This document shows, piece after piece, positions 33,784 through 47,782 of a stretch of 64,000 nucleotides of DNA. The notes under the pieces were generated by a model, which was given only the letters and a program-made list of their open reading frames with translations, was not told where the DNA came from and did no database searches. The position numbers and the translations under genes are program-made. Each line of letters opens with the position of its first letter. The stretch's first letter is position 1. This stretch comes from Eledone cirrhosa. Taxonomy: Eukaryota. Location: positions 25,792,001-25,856,000 of the forward strand of contig OZ024748.1 of assembly GCA_964016885.1 (NCBI GenBank). Reading direction: 5' to 3'.

Positions 33784-35166
33784 ATATACATATATGTATA
33801 TGTATATATACATACATATATAAATATATATATATATATACATATACATACATATATAAATATATATATATATACATATACATACATATATATACATATA
33901 CATACATATACATACATATATATACATACATATATGTATATATATACATATATATATATATACACATATATATATATATATACACATATATATATATATA
34001 TACACATATATATATATATATACATACATATATGTATATATATACATATATATATATATACACATATATATATATACACATATATATATATATATACACA
34101 TATATATATATATATACACATATATATATACACATATATATATATATATATACACATATATATATACACATACATATATACACATATATACACACATAGA
34201 TATATATATATATATATATACACATACATATATAAACACATACATATATACACATACATATATACACATATATATATATACATATACACACATATATATA
34301 TATAGATATACACACATATATATATACATATACACATACATATATACACATATATATATAGATATACACACATATATATATATACATATACACATACATA
34401 TATACACATATATATACATATATACACATATATATACATATATATATACATATATATAAATATATACATATATATATATACATATACACATATATATACA
34501 CATACATATATACACATATATATACACATACATATATACACATATATATACACATACATATATACACATATATATACATATATACACATATATATATACA
34601 TATATACATATATATATATACACATAGATACATATATCCACATACATATATATATACACGCATATACACATACATACATATATACATATATATATATATA
34701 CACACACATAAATATATATATAAATATACACACATTTATATACACACACACATATATATACACTCATATATATATACACACACTCATATATATATATACA
34801 CACATATATATACATATATATACACACACACACATATATATATATATACATACGCATATATATATATACACGCACACATATATATACACCCACATATATA
34901 CACATACGTATATATATATATATATATACACACATAAATATATATATATATACACACAAATATATAGACACATATATATATATACACACACATATATATA
35001 GATAGACAGACACACACACATATATAGATAGACAGACACACACATCTATACATAGACAGGCACACACACCCCTATACATAGACAGGCACACACACACACA
35101 CATCTATACAGAGACAGGCACACACACACACATCTATACATAGACAAGCACACACACACACACATT

Positions 35167-35220
<54 letters not shown>

Positions 35221-35714
35221 TGATGGCTGCGACTCGATTTTGAGTAATGCCATCACTTGATATTTAAGTATGAGCATCACGGACTTGGCTTTTTAGTCCT
35301 GCTAGGGACTTGCCTATGGCCAGCAAATAAATGTCACATAGCAATCGGTGCTTGTGCTTGAAGATTTTTGAAGTGACGAAAGGCTTTGCACGGCGCCAAT
35401 CCCACTCTCTGAACATCGAATCCATTTCCCCAAAAGGTAGAACTGATCTACATCATTAAATGCAAACGAAGTCGCAGGTTTGATATCAAAGTGGCCTTCT
35501 CCTAGAGAGATGTCTTAATGAAGACTAGGAATCTCTCGGTCCACAAAATAAATAAAAATCTTTAGTGGATGGCCGTTGACTCTCCTGAGTTTATCCGCCC
35601 TGCTTTTCATCCCGCAGGGTGTCGAAAATCACCCTCCTCACCAAGCAAGCTTGGTGGGGTTGCCGGTTTGGTCGCGGACGACCCGACCATGCAGAGGTCG
35701 CTCTTCAGCGCTAC
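35221..35714 (-). mobile_element. RTE-type 5'UTR-like fragment or derived non-autonomous repeat
   Basis: Minus strand contains TCTAGGAGAAGG..ACT...TCAAACC, a motif I recall from RTE 5'UTRs, plus GC-rich hairpins (CCAAGC-AA-GCTTGG; GGTCG-CGGA-CGACC). Confidence 0.4.
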
Positions 35715-35878
35715 TATATATATATATACTCACAAACATATATAAAAATAAAATACATATATATAAACATACATATATATAAACATACATATATATATAC
35801 ATACACATATATATATATATATATACATACACATACATATATATACATATGTGTATTATTATTATTATATGTATATGT

Positions 35879-35935
<57 letters not shown>

Positions 35936-37377
35936 GTCTGTATGTGCGTGTGTTGCTGTTTGATAAGAGGTTTTTAATTAGCTAAAATTGCATAAAACAT
36001 GAATGAGAGAAAACCGCAAGTATTCAACATTAACGTAGGAACAAAAAAAAAAAACGAAACCCAACATAACTACTGATGTTAGCTGTTGTTACATATATGA
36101 AATTCTGATAATGTTGGCATTGCATTTTAAAGAACACGAGTTGAGAGAGCCGTTGATGTTAAATCGTTGCTCTTGATTATAAGTGATTTAGTAATACTAG
36201 TGAATAGTGAATATAGAGCATAAATACGTGACATCATAGCTTGAGTTATAATTAAATGTTAATACTAACGAAACAGTTACATCGTTCGAACCTAGTAGAA
36301 AAAAATTTTATTCGTTAAAAATTTCTCATCCAAAAATACAAGAGGTAGAAATTTTTTCTACCAATTCCAGTTGAAAACGAATCAGAATCGACTTATTTAT
36401 AAAGACATACCAGGTGTTCCATAAACAGCTAAGTTACATTATATTATTATTATTGTATAGAAATCCCTATTGATAAAATGTTCGACTTTTTCAAACATTT
36501 AGTATCATTAAACTATGTATATAACGTTTAATTGAATATCACATCTGCTTGTGAAGCCCTCTAGCGAAATAAAAGCCGTAATTGAAATGTTGTGGATTCG
36601 AGCAAGCATAGAAGCAAAACTCGCCAACAATGCAAAAGATAATAATGCATTGAAGCGAACTTTGCAAAACAATAAGAAAAACTGTGCAAAAAAAGATGAG
36701 CAAAGTTGGATGAGAAAGGCGAAGAAAAGGAGATAAAATTAGGTCATATTAGTCATTAGAATGTAGAAAGAAGGCACGGAGAATGAATTTGTACTATTAT
36801 ACATTCCTACATAGTATCGACTGTTAATTCATTCGCACAACCCCCTCTACTACCAACTAATGCTAATAACAAAATAATCGAGCTTTAGACTCCCAAAAAT
36901 AACCAATGCACAAGCAAAATGCGTGTAGGTGGCATTAACTTGGATTTGAAAAAATACACAAATCACACGCGTAGATCGATGCTTCTACTAAAATAGAGCT
37001 AAAAGATTTTAGTCGTCTTCCTTCGTTATATATAAATCAATTATTAAACCTGTGGAAGAAACAGAACAATTCACAGTATTGTTGACTAAAATAATCTCCA
37101 ATAAAAATTACATCCAAACAAAAATCCAAGGTACGTTCTTCCATAAATTAAATATTTTGTTAAAAGAGAAGGAAAGGCAGAGAGAAGGGGGGTATGATGT
37201 GAAAACAAGTGCGTCAGACGGAAGAGAAAGTAGATGGAAGGAGTAATAATAATATATAGACGTTTAGTAGATTGGAGTTAGTGTAGTGTAGGTAAAAGGA
37301 AGTAGGTAGGTAAAAACTAGCTAGACCAAGCTAGAGAGAAGAAAGGCGCCGGCTGTAGTCATCATACATACGGCAAC

Positions 37378-37727
37378 ACTACTACTACTACTACTAAGGA
37401 TGCAACTACTACTACTACTAATGATACTACTGATATGACTACTACTAGTAACGATACGACTACTACAACTAATGATACGACTACTGCTACTAGTAGCGAT
37501 GTTCTGCTTCCCTGGTATAAGTATTTAATCAGTTCACCACTGAGAGAGAGAGAGAGTATGACCAAACGTCAGTATCAGCTGATATAGCGGGAGAAAGTGA
37601 CCGTGTCCTAGCAGAAATAGTAGTTGTTGTAGTAGCTACTTTAGTAGTAGTAGTTTTTGTTGCAGCAGTTGTTGTTGTTGTTGCTGTAGTAGTAATAGTT
37701 ATTGTAGTACTAGTAGTTGTAGTAGTA
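37378..37727. repeat. Degenerate (ACT)n tract (37378-37495) and (GTA/GTT)n tract (37618-37727) in inverted arrangement
   Basis: Read directly from the sequence. Confidence 0.85.
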
Positions 37728-38809
37728 GGGTTAGAATAGTGGTCAGTTTATTTATTGGATATATCCTTACAAGCTTTGCCGGATATATATTAAACTAGCC
37801 ATTTAACGAAGAATTTCATCTCAGCAGCATTAAATTACAAATGAATGGGATTTCAGTTTTGCAATAAAGATCGAAGACAATATACATTCGGTTTGTGCAC
37901 CCTCTCAAACACTCTTAATTAGCTATAATATAAAATCAGTTCTAACATAAACGGAATGATAGACGAAAAAAAAATATATATGTGAGAGAAACGGTTGAAG
38001 CTGCTCTTAAAATGGGGGATCAGTTTATGGAAGAAGCTATCTTATAAATCGATCCCCGTTTATATAGAACATAGCTGTCACATAATGAGACATAGTTGAT
38101 ACAATTAAACAATTTAGTGAAATTGATCTTATCTATACTAGATATAATTCAAGCTGGAGATATACGAGAAAGATAACTAAATTGATTGTCTAACATAAAA
38201 TGGTTAATTAGTCGTTGTTGATTGCAAAAAAATCTGCAAAGAGACAAGCAAATTATATAGATAGATGAAGTGTTGTCAGTGGTTAATGTTTTGCGCAGGC
38301 AAGACTCGCAAGTTCTTGTGTAGTAGACTTCCCTTAATATATTTCTACTTCTGCCAAATATCGAATAGAGTAAAAGAGCAAATGAGAGATAATAAAGAGA
38401 AATAAACATTTGAGAATAATTCAAAGAACTTAAAGGGTTGGATCAACTGTAACAATTAATTCGCTGTTGCTGAAAATATAATATACAATTCGGTTTAAAC
38501 TGAAAACAGAAAAAAAAACATTGGCAAACTAAGAAATGTTAAGAGATAACATTTTACACATGTCTGATCTCTTATTTAATATTTAACAAGCAACCGTCAT
38601 AATTGCTGATGTTTTGCAGTTCCAAGCCACATATAATTAGTCATTAGGTTAATGACATTTCAACGTGATGAAACATACAAGTCATCAGTAAGAGGAGAAT
38701 CGTATAAATAAATACGAGATGTTAACAAAAAAAATATCAAAACTTGCAGACATATCTTTATCAAAGAAATCAATGAATTTTCGTAATACACTTTATAAAC
38801 ATACTCGTA

Positions 38810-39125
38810 ATACATACATACATACACTCCTCGAGAGGGAGAGATAAATGCATACATACATACACGCGCTCTCCTCCTCTCGATACATACATACATACAT
38901 ACACTCTCCTCCTCTCGATAGATACATACATACATACACTCTCCTCCTCTTGATAGATACATACATACATACATACTCTCCTCCTCTCGATAGATACATA
39001 CATACATACATACTCTCCTCCTCTCGATAGATACATACATACATACACACGGTCTCCTCCTCTCGATAGATACATACATACATACATACACACAGACAGA
39101 CAGACAGAGAGAGAGAGAGAGAGAT
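38810..39125. repeat. ~35-40-bp minisatellite CTCTCCTCCTCTCGATAGA(TACA)n, about 6 units, followed by (CAGA)/(GA)n
   Basis: Read directly from the sequence. Confidence 0.9.
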
Positions 39126-39178
39126 AGTTATAGACAGGTTTCATACAATATATAAAATATGAACAGGATTTCATGTTT

Positions 39179-39217
<39 letters not shown>

Positions 39218-39874
39218 CTAATATTGTCTAGCATAACAGTCATCAAGAAAAAAAACTAGATATTCGATTTTGACATTTTCTCTTAGATGGCGAGAGAGAT
39301 GGTTGACTATGTTAAATTGAACGGTTGGTGCGTCTTCGATTAGACCGGTATGGATGGAATTAGCTATTATTATTGACAAACCTTGTAGAAATGATGTACC
39401 AGGGTTGCAACTCTGGTTTCAATTCTACATTTAAAACATTTTACTTCACTTTCATTGGTAGTGCTTCTGGAAAAGGCATGAACATCACACCAACTCGTTT
39501 TTCTTTCCCTTACAACTAGGAAGTATTTTGCTTATGTAAGAAATTATTATATATAATTATCGAGATATTTTTTATTATCTTCATCATAAACATTTGAATA
39601 ATTGCATTTCTGTTACTAGATGAGGGGAAAGACGTTCTATTTATAATTATTGGAGGGAAATATTTACTGAAATCATACAAATAAACTGCAATAAGCCACA
39701 ACTATGTGAATCGATAGACAGAAAAGGGAGGGTGGTGACGACTGCAATATACAACCTCAACAACTAACGTTAGAATACAACAGAAAAAGAATTGTTTATA
39801 TTTTTGTATTTTATACTTAAACAAATATCTGTACATTATGATATTGAAAAAAGGTAAAGAAAACTAGTACTAAC

Positions 39875-40049
39875 CTTCAATACAAACAACATGTTCGCGA
39901 ACTTGTTGTTGTATTAACGGATCTTGGATCGCTTCTATCAAGTCATAGATGGCATATATACTGGGATGGACACTCTCAAATCGTTGTATTTCCTGACGAA
40001 TCGCAAGAGAATTGCTCAAGTAAGGCTGTATTGGACTCCTTAGATTCAT
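39875..40049 (-). CDS. AGAP1: First coding exon of an Arf-GAP with GTPase, ANK and PH domains (AGAP1/3, centaurin-gamma, CenG1A orthologue)
   Basis: [58 protein letters not shown] matches the AGAP1 N-terminus as I recall it ([27 protein letters not shown]...QIREHVIAIED). ATG at 40049; ends GAA G|GTTAGT (phase-1 donor, 39874-39869), before the conserved Asp. The ORF-track start at 40064 is a TTG. Confidence 0.92.
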
Positions 40050-40099
40050 CCTGTGGTCCGTCAAATGTCATCTTCTTTCATTTAAAACCATAATCCGGT

Positions 40100-41080
40100 A
40101 TTTATAAACAAAGCAACGAGAAATATTTCATGATAATATATTTCTGCATTGAATCAAGATGGCTTTGTATTATTGCGCATGCCTGTCGCCTATCGAAACT
40201 GTTCTGAAATAGTGAGGAAAAAACCAAAACTACGGATGCCTAAATGGGAAACAAATTGAATGGCTAGAAATGAGGTATACAGTAAAATTGACAATCTCTA
40301 CTACATACATGCATTGAGAATGCAGAGAAGAAAAAAGAGCTAACACTCCTATTGCATATATCCTGGTTAGATAATATCTACTTCTCTTTTCTTTTTTTTT
40401 TTCGTTACAATTTTGAATTTTTTGATTGACTAAATGATATCGATTAAATCTATAAAAATGAACGTTAAAACAAGTTGATAAATCTTGTGTTGCTTGAGTG
40501 TTGATTGAGTCTAGGGCAAATAATCTGGTCTAATCGGATTTTGTAAGTCGTACAGAGAAAACGACTCGGTATTTACCTCCCACTTTCATTTTAATTGTTG
40601 TCTCAGAATAGTTCTGTAAGGTCATGCGCAAAGGTTAATAGCCTTACTTCCGTTAGTCACTTAGACAAGTGAAAGTGATCCTTTTCGCGTCTGCGTAGAC
40701 GTTAACTAGACATACACAAGTACTTCCTGTCCATCTCTCTCTCTCTCGCGCTCTCTTTTTCTCTCTCTCACTCTTTCTCCTCCCATTACCATGACAACTG
40801 TTTTTCAAAACATGTCGGAAATTACAGCAATCCGACTAATGAAAAGAATGTTTATTCTTTTTTCAGCGAACATTTTATTGTTAATGTTAACTGTCGGTAA
40901 ATCTTGGCCTTTTCTGACTTGTTTTAACAGATGATAATCTGAAAGAGAGGGAAAAGAAAAAAATAAGGGGTGGGGACATTTTTTGGGTTTTTTTAAGGGA
41001 AGGGTAAAATCTTCACACTCTTGACTACTGAGCAACATATCTCAGATTAGTTCCATGGACAAGATGGCGAAATTATTGCC
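40100..41080. promoter_or_regulatory. Putative AGAP promoter / 5' region, possibly bidirectional
   Basis: TE-free, CpG-retaining DNA just upstream of the first exon, with YY1-like CAAGATGGC (~40155 and ~41060), NRF1-like TGCGCATGC (~40174), ETS-like ACTTCCG (~40646) and a (CT)n tract. Short motifs only. Confidence 0.45.
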
Positions 41081-41255
41081 ATGCAGAACAGCCAGTGACA
41101 CCCACTGTATCAGCCATTCTACCTCACAGAACAAACTCTACACCTTTGGCTGGGTGGTACATACCAACTTTGCCTCGTGGACAAGATGATGAAAGCAAGC
41201 ATTGCCATAGAGAACAGCCAGTGACACCCACAGCATCAGCCATTCCACCTCATGG
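41056..41255. repeat. Imperfect direct duplication with ~125-bp period
   Basis: TTGCCAT..AGAACAGCCAGTGACACCCAC...ATCAGCCATTC.ACCTCA occurs at ~41076 and ~41202. Confidence 0.8.
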
Positions 41256-42226
41256 GGCTCCTTCCTCAAGCAAGATGCGCTCCTCCTGATTTTGCAGAAT
41301 AAAACAGCGGTCCAGTGACTGAGGACACTAGAGGTCTCGGTGGTATAAAAAGGAAGCAATTGGTCAAATCCCAGTATTTAGTTATCTTCTGCTTCTCTGT
41401 GTTACAAGCAACAGTGCCCAAATGTGTGACCTATTTGACATAAAGAATGTGTTACAGCATATGGAATCCCATATTAATGACCTGCCCACTATAAATAAAG
41501 ATTAATGAATTCAAGCCATAACAAATTAAAGTTCTGCAAAATAATACCAATTGAGTAGAATATGCTTCACTGAGAAGATCTGATAAGACCAAAACATGTC
41601 TGTTTCTTTCACTCCAATCTATGTTGTCTCAATTGTCCATAAATTTGTGACTGATCTTATTGGAATTATCTCTGTTACTTATTGCTTGTAAATTTTAAAC
41701 AACTAAACCATAAAGGAAGTTTTTATCTAATAAAAGTTGGATAATTTTCAGTTGAACAAAATTTTTCAACTCACTATATAACCTATGTGAGAGCAACAGA
41801 AAGTGTATTTTATCATGGCACAAGCCCTACCACTTTATAGAGTGGACTAGATGCAATTTATTGTGGCACCAACATTAGAGACAAAATTATCAGTTATTTT
41901 TTATTGACAATTTCAACCTTTAAATGGAATGTTTGGTAATACTTTCTGGTAGTAATATCTACCTCATTGTATCATATAAATCCAACTTATATAACTTGAA
42001 AGCTATCCTATACACAGTGCTGCAGAGTTATCTAGTTATTGATAATGCTAAATAAAGAAGATATCAGCAGTTACAGTGAAAAGCTACAATAAAAATGTCT
42101 TAGAGATCAATATAAAACATACGTAGTGTATGTAAATTGTTATTGCTTAATGAATACAGATACATAGTCAGGTTTATGTGTTAGACTATATTTACTGTCA
42201 CTGTTATAGCCTCTAGCACTACTTGT

Positions 42227-42500
42227 GAAGGTACATGGCTTAGTGGTTAAAGATGTTCAGTTCACTATCATAAGGTAGTAAATTCAATTCCCAGCTGCAC
42301 ACTGTGCCCTTAAACAAAATACTTCATTTCACGTTACTCCAATCTACTCAACTGTCAAAAATGTATTGTACAAGTAATTCAAAGAGCCAGGCCTTGTCAC
42401 ACTGAATTTCCCCGAGAACTATGTTTGGTGTGCATGTGTCCTTGAAATGCTCAGCAATTGCACGTTAAATTCATGAGCTGACTTTACCATTATTCAAACA
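42227..42500 (+). mobile_element. Older tRNA-derived SINE
   Basis: CATGGCTTAGTGGTT A-box, TTCAATTCC B-box remnant, and a body related to the young SINE head; a related copy lies at ~58330-58575. Confidence 0.65.
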
Positions 42501-43719
42501 ACTGATGACACAGGGTGGAAGCAGGCTACCTTACCCATCAAATATGGCAGCCTTGATCTCTGGTCTAACTGGCCCTGCCTGCTTTCCTTTCAGTCGTGAA
42601 TGCTTGCCATTTCCTCATCAACAGGGTTCTCCACAACACAACTGAACCTTCTGTGATCTAGGAGCACAAGGCAGCCTGCACAACATGGAACCAGCTTGGC
42701 CTCTGCTCTGTGAACATCCATCTCCCTCTCCCCTCCGTAGACATCCAATCCTCCCAAAACAAATGGGAAGCCATACTTCATAACATGATTTTAGACAGAC
42801 CGGTGTGCCGGCTCAACCAGCACTATCTGGCATGCTTCTGATCAGTGTCCCACAGCGGTGCCTAGCTAGATGCAGTTCCATCACTAGTGACTGGCACACA
42901 GTTGGCTAGCAACTGCTTGTGCATCAGTGTTTCCTTGAGGCTTGGCCTTTGCCTTTGTAGCCTCACAAATGCCGCTACAGTACCACTGTGGATCCTTTCG
43001 GTCTCCACTGTTATGGCCACCTCCCATGCCATTCTGCTCTCAATGAGATCATAAAGCATGGCCTGGATAGCACAGGCTTCCTTTCCCAGCTCAAACTAGT
43101 AGCAACCTGATGTGTTTGGCTACCAGCCCAGTCTCTGTTGCCCACCAAGCCAAAGTGGGCAAACTGTCCAAGTATCAGCCACTCTCTGATGGGTTTGTGT
43201 TAGAGCCTGTAGCAGTGGAGACTTAGTTTTCCTTGCCCTCCCCCCCCCCCGAACCACATCCCTACTCATTGCTATTAGAGCAGAGTTGGCCGCCCACAGA
43301 TACAAGCCCAGTGGGGGGGGGGGGGCTGTACTAGCGTGTTACCCTCGCCGTCATTCGGGACAATGTATTCTCTATCCTTTTGGGACCCCAAACGCAGAGG
43401 TAAGTTAGTAGGAGGTGGAAGATACTCGTTCAGACATCACTTTTTCTCTATTTCTTTTAAAATCTCTACAAAGATGAAACGGCTGTTTGTGTTTTACTGG
43501 AACACTCATCATGAGAACCAACAGAGGTCTTACACAGATTTCTAGCTTATTTCAAATGTATGTTTCAGGAAAGGTAGTCATATAAAACTACTGGATAACA
43601 TCTATACTACTCTTACTTTAAAAATAAAGTTTCTAGCTCGAATCCAGTCTGGGACACATCCTCAAATTTAAAAAAAGTGTTTCATCTCCAAAAATGAGAT
43701 TACAGTCGGAAAAATTATT

Positions 43720-44049
43720 ATTAAATTGTATTGGTGACACAATGAATGCACCCAGTATACATTGTAAAGTGATTGTTGATAGGAAGGGCATTTAGTCATA
43801 GTAAACTTGATAAAGAAAGGATTGGGAAGACTCTTCAACCATGTCAAAGACATGATAACCTCCCTAGTGATGGTGCCACAATAAATTGCACCAGATGCAC
43901 TTTGTAGGGTGCAGGAATGAATGCGGGATGAGATCCCTGCCCATCTGAAAGATTGGTGGTTCGAATTAAGTACTGACTTAATCTGCAACAATCTGTCCAA
44001 CCCTTAGCAGAAGCAGAGAAAATGGATATTAAATGATGATGATGATGAT
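43720..44049 (+). mobile_element. Old SINE/RTE-tail repeat; related fragments at ~47840-47895, 50824-51015, 54625-54850, 54960-55080, 56960-57070 and 59955-60330
   Basis: Contains the GGAAGGGCAT core and ends AAATGGATATTAAATGATGATGATG. Confidence 0.65.
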
Positions 44050-44224
44050 TAACAACAATCTATCTCAGGTATTTAAACATAAATTATCTATCAGAAGTTT
44101 CAGGGGTTTTTATCAATTCTAGGCTGGGAATCTATCTCAAAGACATCACTTCTTGTCGCTCCAAATCGATCGTGTTACAATTGAGACTGAACTTAGACCT
44201 CTGCTCCACTAGTCAATGATTTTG

Positions 44225-44483
44225 TCCCTCCATCGTCATATTTCTTATGAAAGACACTCATCATGATTTTCAAATCATTTTGAAAATAATCGAGAATTTG
44301 GAGGGATTTAGTAATATAACAAACTTTCTCATCATTAAGCTGGTGTTTTGAACTTATCTTAATGAAGGGTCTACCATAAAATTACAATGGAAAACTTTTA
44401 GATAAATATAAACGCTTGAGAGTAAATAGTTTTGTGTCATAGAACCAGGCGTGGTTTCAGATGGTTTGGTATCCAAAGGATTA
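44225..44483 (+). mobile_element. TTAA-type (piggyBac-like) MITE, degenerate copy
   Basis: Body matches 48521-48959 and 57631-57950. Confidence 0.6.
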
Positions 44484-44769
44484 GAAACTTTGAAACCTCC
44501 CACTTTACTAGACAACAATTATTTATACTATAAGCCGGTTAAATGAAAATGATGAAAAATACTATATGTTATAGTATTTTTCAGCATTTTTATTTTAACA
44601 GGTTTTGTGAAAGGCTTTTCCCTGCAAGCAAAGATAGAACAGGTCTTCACCGACTGATTCAGTTCTCCAGCAGAATTTCTAACCTCTCATATGGGCTGGA
44701 AGCCTGTGTCTTATATGCTTACATACTTGCACTGTGCTAGGTACATTTTATCATGGTACCAGCACTAGA

Positions 44770-47700
44770 CCCCCTCCTGAGTCTGGCCTTGTTGTGGCAA
44801 GGGGGCCTGTGTGTTCCATAAATTTGAGAGAGCATTACCGTCTGGAGCTTTGCTCCTGGTAGGGCCACACTAGATGGGTCGGTCACTTGGGGAGGTTCCA
44901 GACCAACAGTGACCCGCAGCGTGTCAGCTCACCGCTAAGATGGTAGCACCATTATTCGACTATTTTGCGGAGGGCCAACAACCTGCCCAGAAGAACCATC
45001 AGCCTGTTACAAAACCAACTAGAAGAAACCAGACTGCCCAACACTGGAACTGTCTCCTGCATGCCCTCCACCAACAAGAAATTGATTTGCGTCACAAGGT
45101 TAGTGTTGCTACATGGAATATCCTGTTGTTCCTTCACCCCAGAGCAACCACACTGTTGTCTTGAGAGTTATCACACTGGGGGGAATCTGTGAGACATGAT
45201 GGTCTGGCAGTGGGGAATTCATCATGGGAGACCACTGCCTCATCTGGAGTGACCCTGAAGATAGGACGGGCCTCTGTGGTGTGGCACTGGCCATGCCCAA
45301 ACATGTCCACAAGTCACTCACCAGCTGGAACCCAGTCATCAGGATCATCCTGACAGATGCCAACGTTACCACCTCTTCTTCCACCAGGCTCACCCCAACT
45401 GACCCATTGCAGACTCAGCCCATTGGCAGTGATTGCCTGCTGCTCCTCTGCCATTACAGCAATCTGTGTATCGCTGAACCTGGTACAGTCTGGACGGTCA
45501 CACCTGGAAGGCAATTGACAACATCATCATCTCCCGCCACTGGAGGTCATTCGTCGCCAACTGCCAGGTCTACAGAGGAGCTCAACTCAGCAATACTGAT
45601 CATCGGCTGCTGGTTGCAACATTGGGGCTGAGGTTGTGAGCAGACCCTGACACCAAGTACCCTTGGTGACACCTTGACGCATTTTGTCTCTGCGATCCCA
45701 ACGTTGCCTCTACATTTGTGTGAGCTATCGTCAATCACTTCAGTATCCTGGCCAACGACGAGACTGACCACTGCAAGATCTTTAAATCAAGTGTTAATCA
45801 GTCTGCGTGCGATGTCCTGGTAAACTCAGGACCTCTTCCCAAACGGCCCTACATTTCCCTGCAGATGCTGGAGATAATCAACTGTAACCACAAGGCTCAC
45901 CTGTGCAGCAACATAAATGAGTACCGCCGGCTCAACTAGATATGCAACAAGGCCATCACAGATAACCAGAAGTTCTGAGTGAAAGAAGCCGAGCACCTGG
46001 AGGCAGCAGCAAAGAACAACAACCTCAGTCAGATATTCAACACACTCTGCAGAGCCTGTGCCGGTCCCTGGATCAAGACAGCCCTAGTGAATGGTATCAA
46101 TTGCAACGTCATCACCACCGAAACCACATGCCTCAAATGCTGGAAGGAGCACTTCAGCCTTCTTCTACACCACCGACCTATCCCAATCGATCCCTGCCTA
46201 GCCATCACCACAGACATGGCTGCAGCCAATGACTTCTGAAAACTCAATCCTGTCACACCCGATGAAATCAGAGCCGCCCTGAAGAAGCTCAAAAACCACA
46301 AAGCCCCTGGAATCCACACTATCACCGTGGAGATGTTGAAGGCAGGCGGAGATAATATGATCCAGTGGCTCACCCGTATCTTCAACCATGTATGGGTGTG
46401 AGAATGGCTCCCAAATAACAAGACCCGAGGTATTATCCTCTCCTTCTGGAAACGGAAGGGAGACAAACTCATCTGCAGCAACCACAGGAGCTTCTTCTCT
46501 CCATCCCAGGCAAGGTATTCACCAAGATCCTCCTCTTCCTGCCATTAGAGGTGGACATTGCCCACAACAAGCTGTATTCATACCTAATTGATCCACTGCT
46601 GACCACATTTCTGCCCTCCTCCTGATTATTGAAAGATCTTGGGAGTTCCATAGAAATCGATGCTTCTACATCACCTTCATCGACCTCCAAGTGGCTTTCG
46701 ACACTGTCAACCATGCAACCCTCAGAAAAATTCTCCAGCTTGTCAGCGCACCTCCCAACATCACTGCCCTGTTCCAACGGCTCTATAGCAGTGTCAAGAG
46801 CTACGTGTGGGTGAATGGGAAGGACTCTGACTGGTTCCCCATAAATAATGGGTTCAGACAGGGCTGAGTAGCTGCCTCTGACCTCTGCAACTGTGTCAAT
46901 GACTATCTGATGACCAAGGTTTGTGATCGAGTTTCTGGTGTTACCTTCAGGAATTACCAGCTACCCAACCTGGAGTGCGCAGACAAACCCCCCCCCCCCC
47001 TATTCATCAACTCGATCAATCAGAGACGCACTGGCCATATACCGGGAGAAATCAGCAAAGTTCGGCCTTCAGGTAAGCTGGGCAAAAACAAAGCTGATGC
47101 ATGTCAGCAATGGCCCGGATCCTCCTCTGATTCATATTGGCTGCGACGCCACGGAATTCGTCAGCTCCTTCATTTACCTGGACTCGACAGTCACCAGCAA
47201 TGGAGACCTGACCCCGGAGATTGACCGCAGATGTGGCCTGGTTGCCAGGGTCATGCACTCCTTATGGAAGCCCTTTTGGCACCATTGCTCAATTTCGCAG
47301 AAGACGAAGGTTCTTATATACAATGCATTGGTCCTCTCCATTCTCCTCTATGGAGCGAAAACGTGGCCCCTCACTAAGGATTGACAGCTTCGATAGCAGA
47401 ACTGTGAGAACCATAAAAAACATCAGATGGTACCACCACATTGCCAACAAAGTGTTGCGTGCGTGCACAGATCAGCCCACAGCTTCCTGGCTCGTAGTTA
47501 TCTGCCGCATATGCTGGTATGGACATGTCCTCTGCTTTCCCCAGATCATCCTACCAGGGCCTTACTCTCGTTCGACAGTGGCTGCAGGCTGGAAGAGGCC
47601 CTATCATTAGGGAAGATTTCCGGAGGCTGGACATCACCTTGGAGGATAGAGAGGAGCTGGCATGGGATCACCAGCAATGAAGGGTGCTGCTGAACCTGGT

Positions 47701-47782
47701 CGGCTCAAAGCACGATGATACTTTGGGATCGTTGGCTTAAGATGACCGCGGCCTCATCAAGAAAGAGCAAGAAGAAGAAGAA
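44770..47782 (+). mobile_element. Old, essentially full-length RTE-clade LINE (third family), heavily mutated
   Basis: RTE/BovB-like 5'UTR (GCCTTGTTGTGG...TGGTAGGGCCAC...CAGAC); VATWNI (APE start); KAPGIHTITVEMLKAGG, KRKGDKLICSNHR, FIDLQVAFDTV, GLQVSWAKTK, SILLYGAKTW, WYGHV; (GAA)n tail; candidate TSD ACCAGCACTAG / ACCAGGACTGG. Confidence 0.85.

Noticed and set aside
36551-36736. 61-aa basic ORF in the TE-free block
   Set aside because: GTG start, short, A-rich composition, no recognisable homology, and antisense to AGAP.
41566-41604. CTGAGAA...AAAACATGTC hammerhead-like pattern
   Set aside because: Too many core mismatches to distinguish from chance.
42500-43350. GC-richer block with short ORFs (42590-43305) as host exons
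   Set aside because: No recognisable domain and multiple stops; most likely a decayed TE fragment that I cannot classify.
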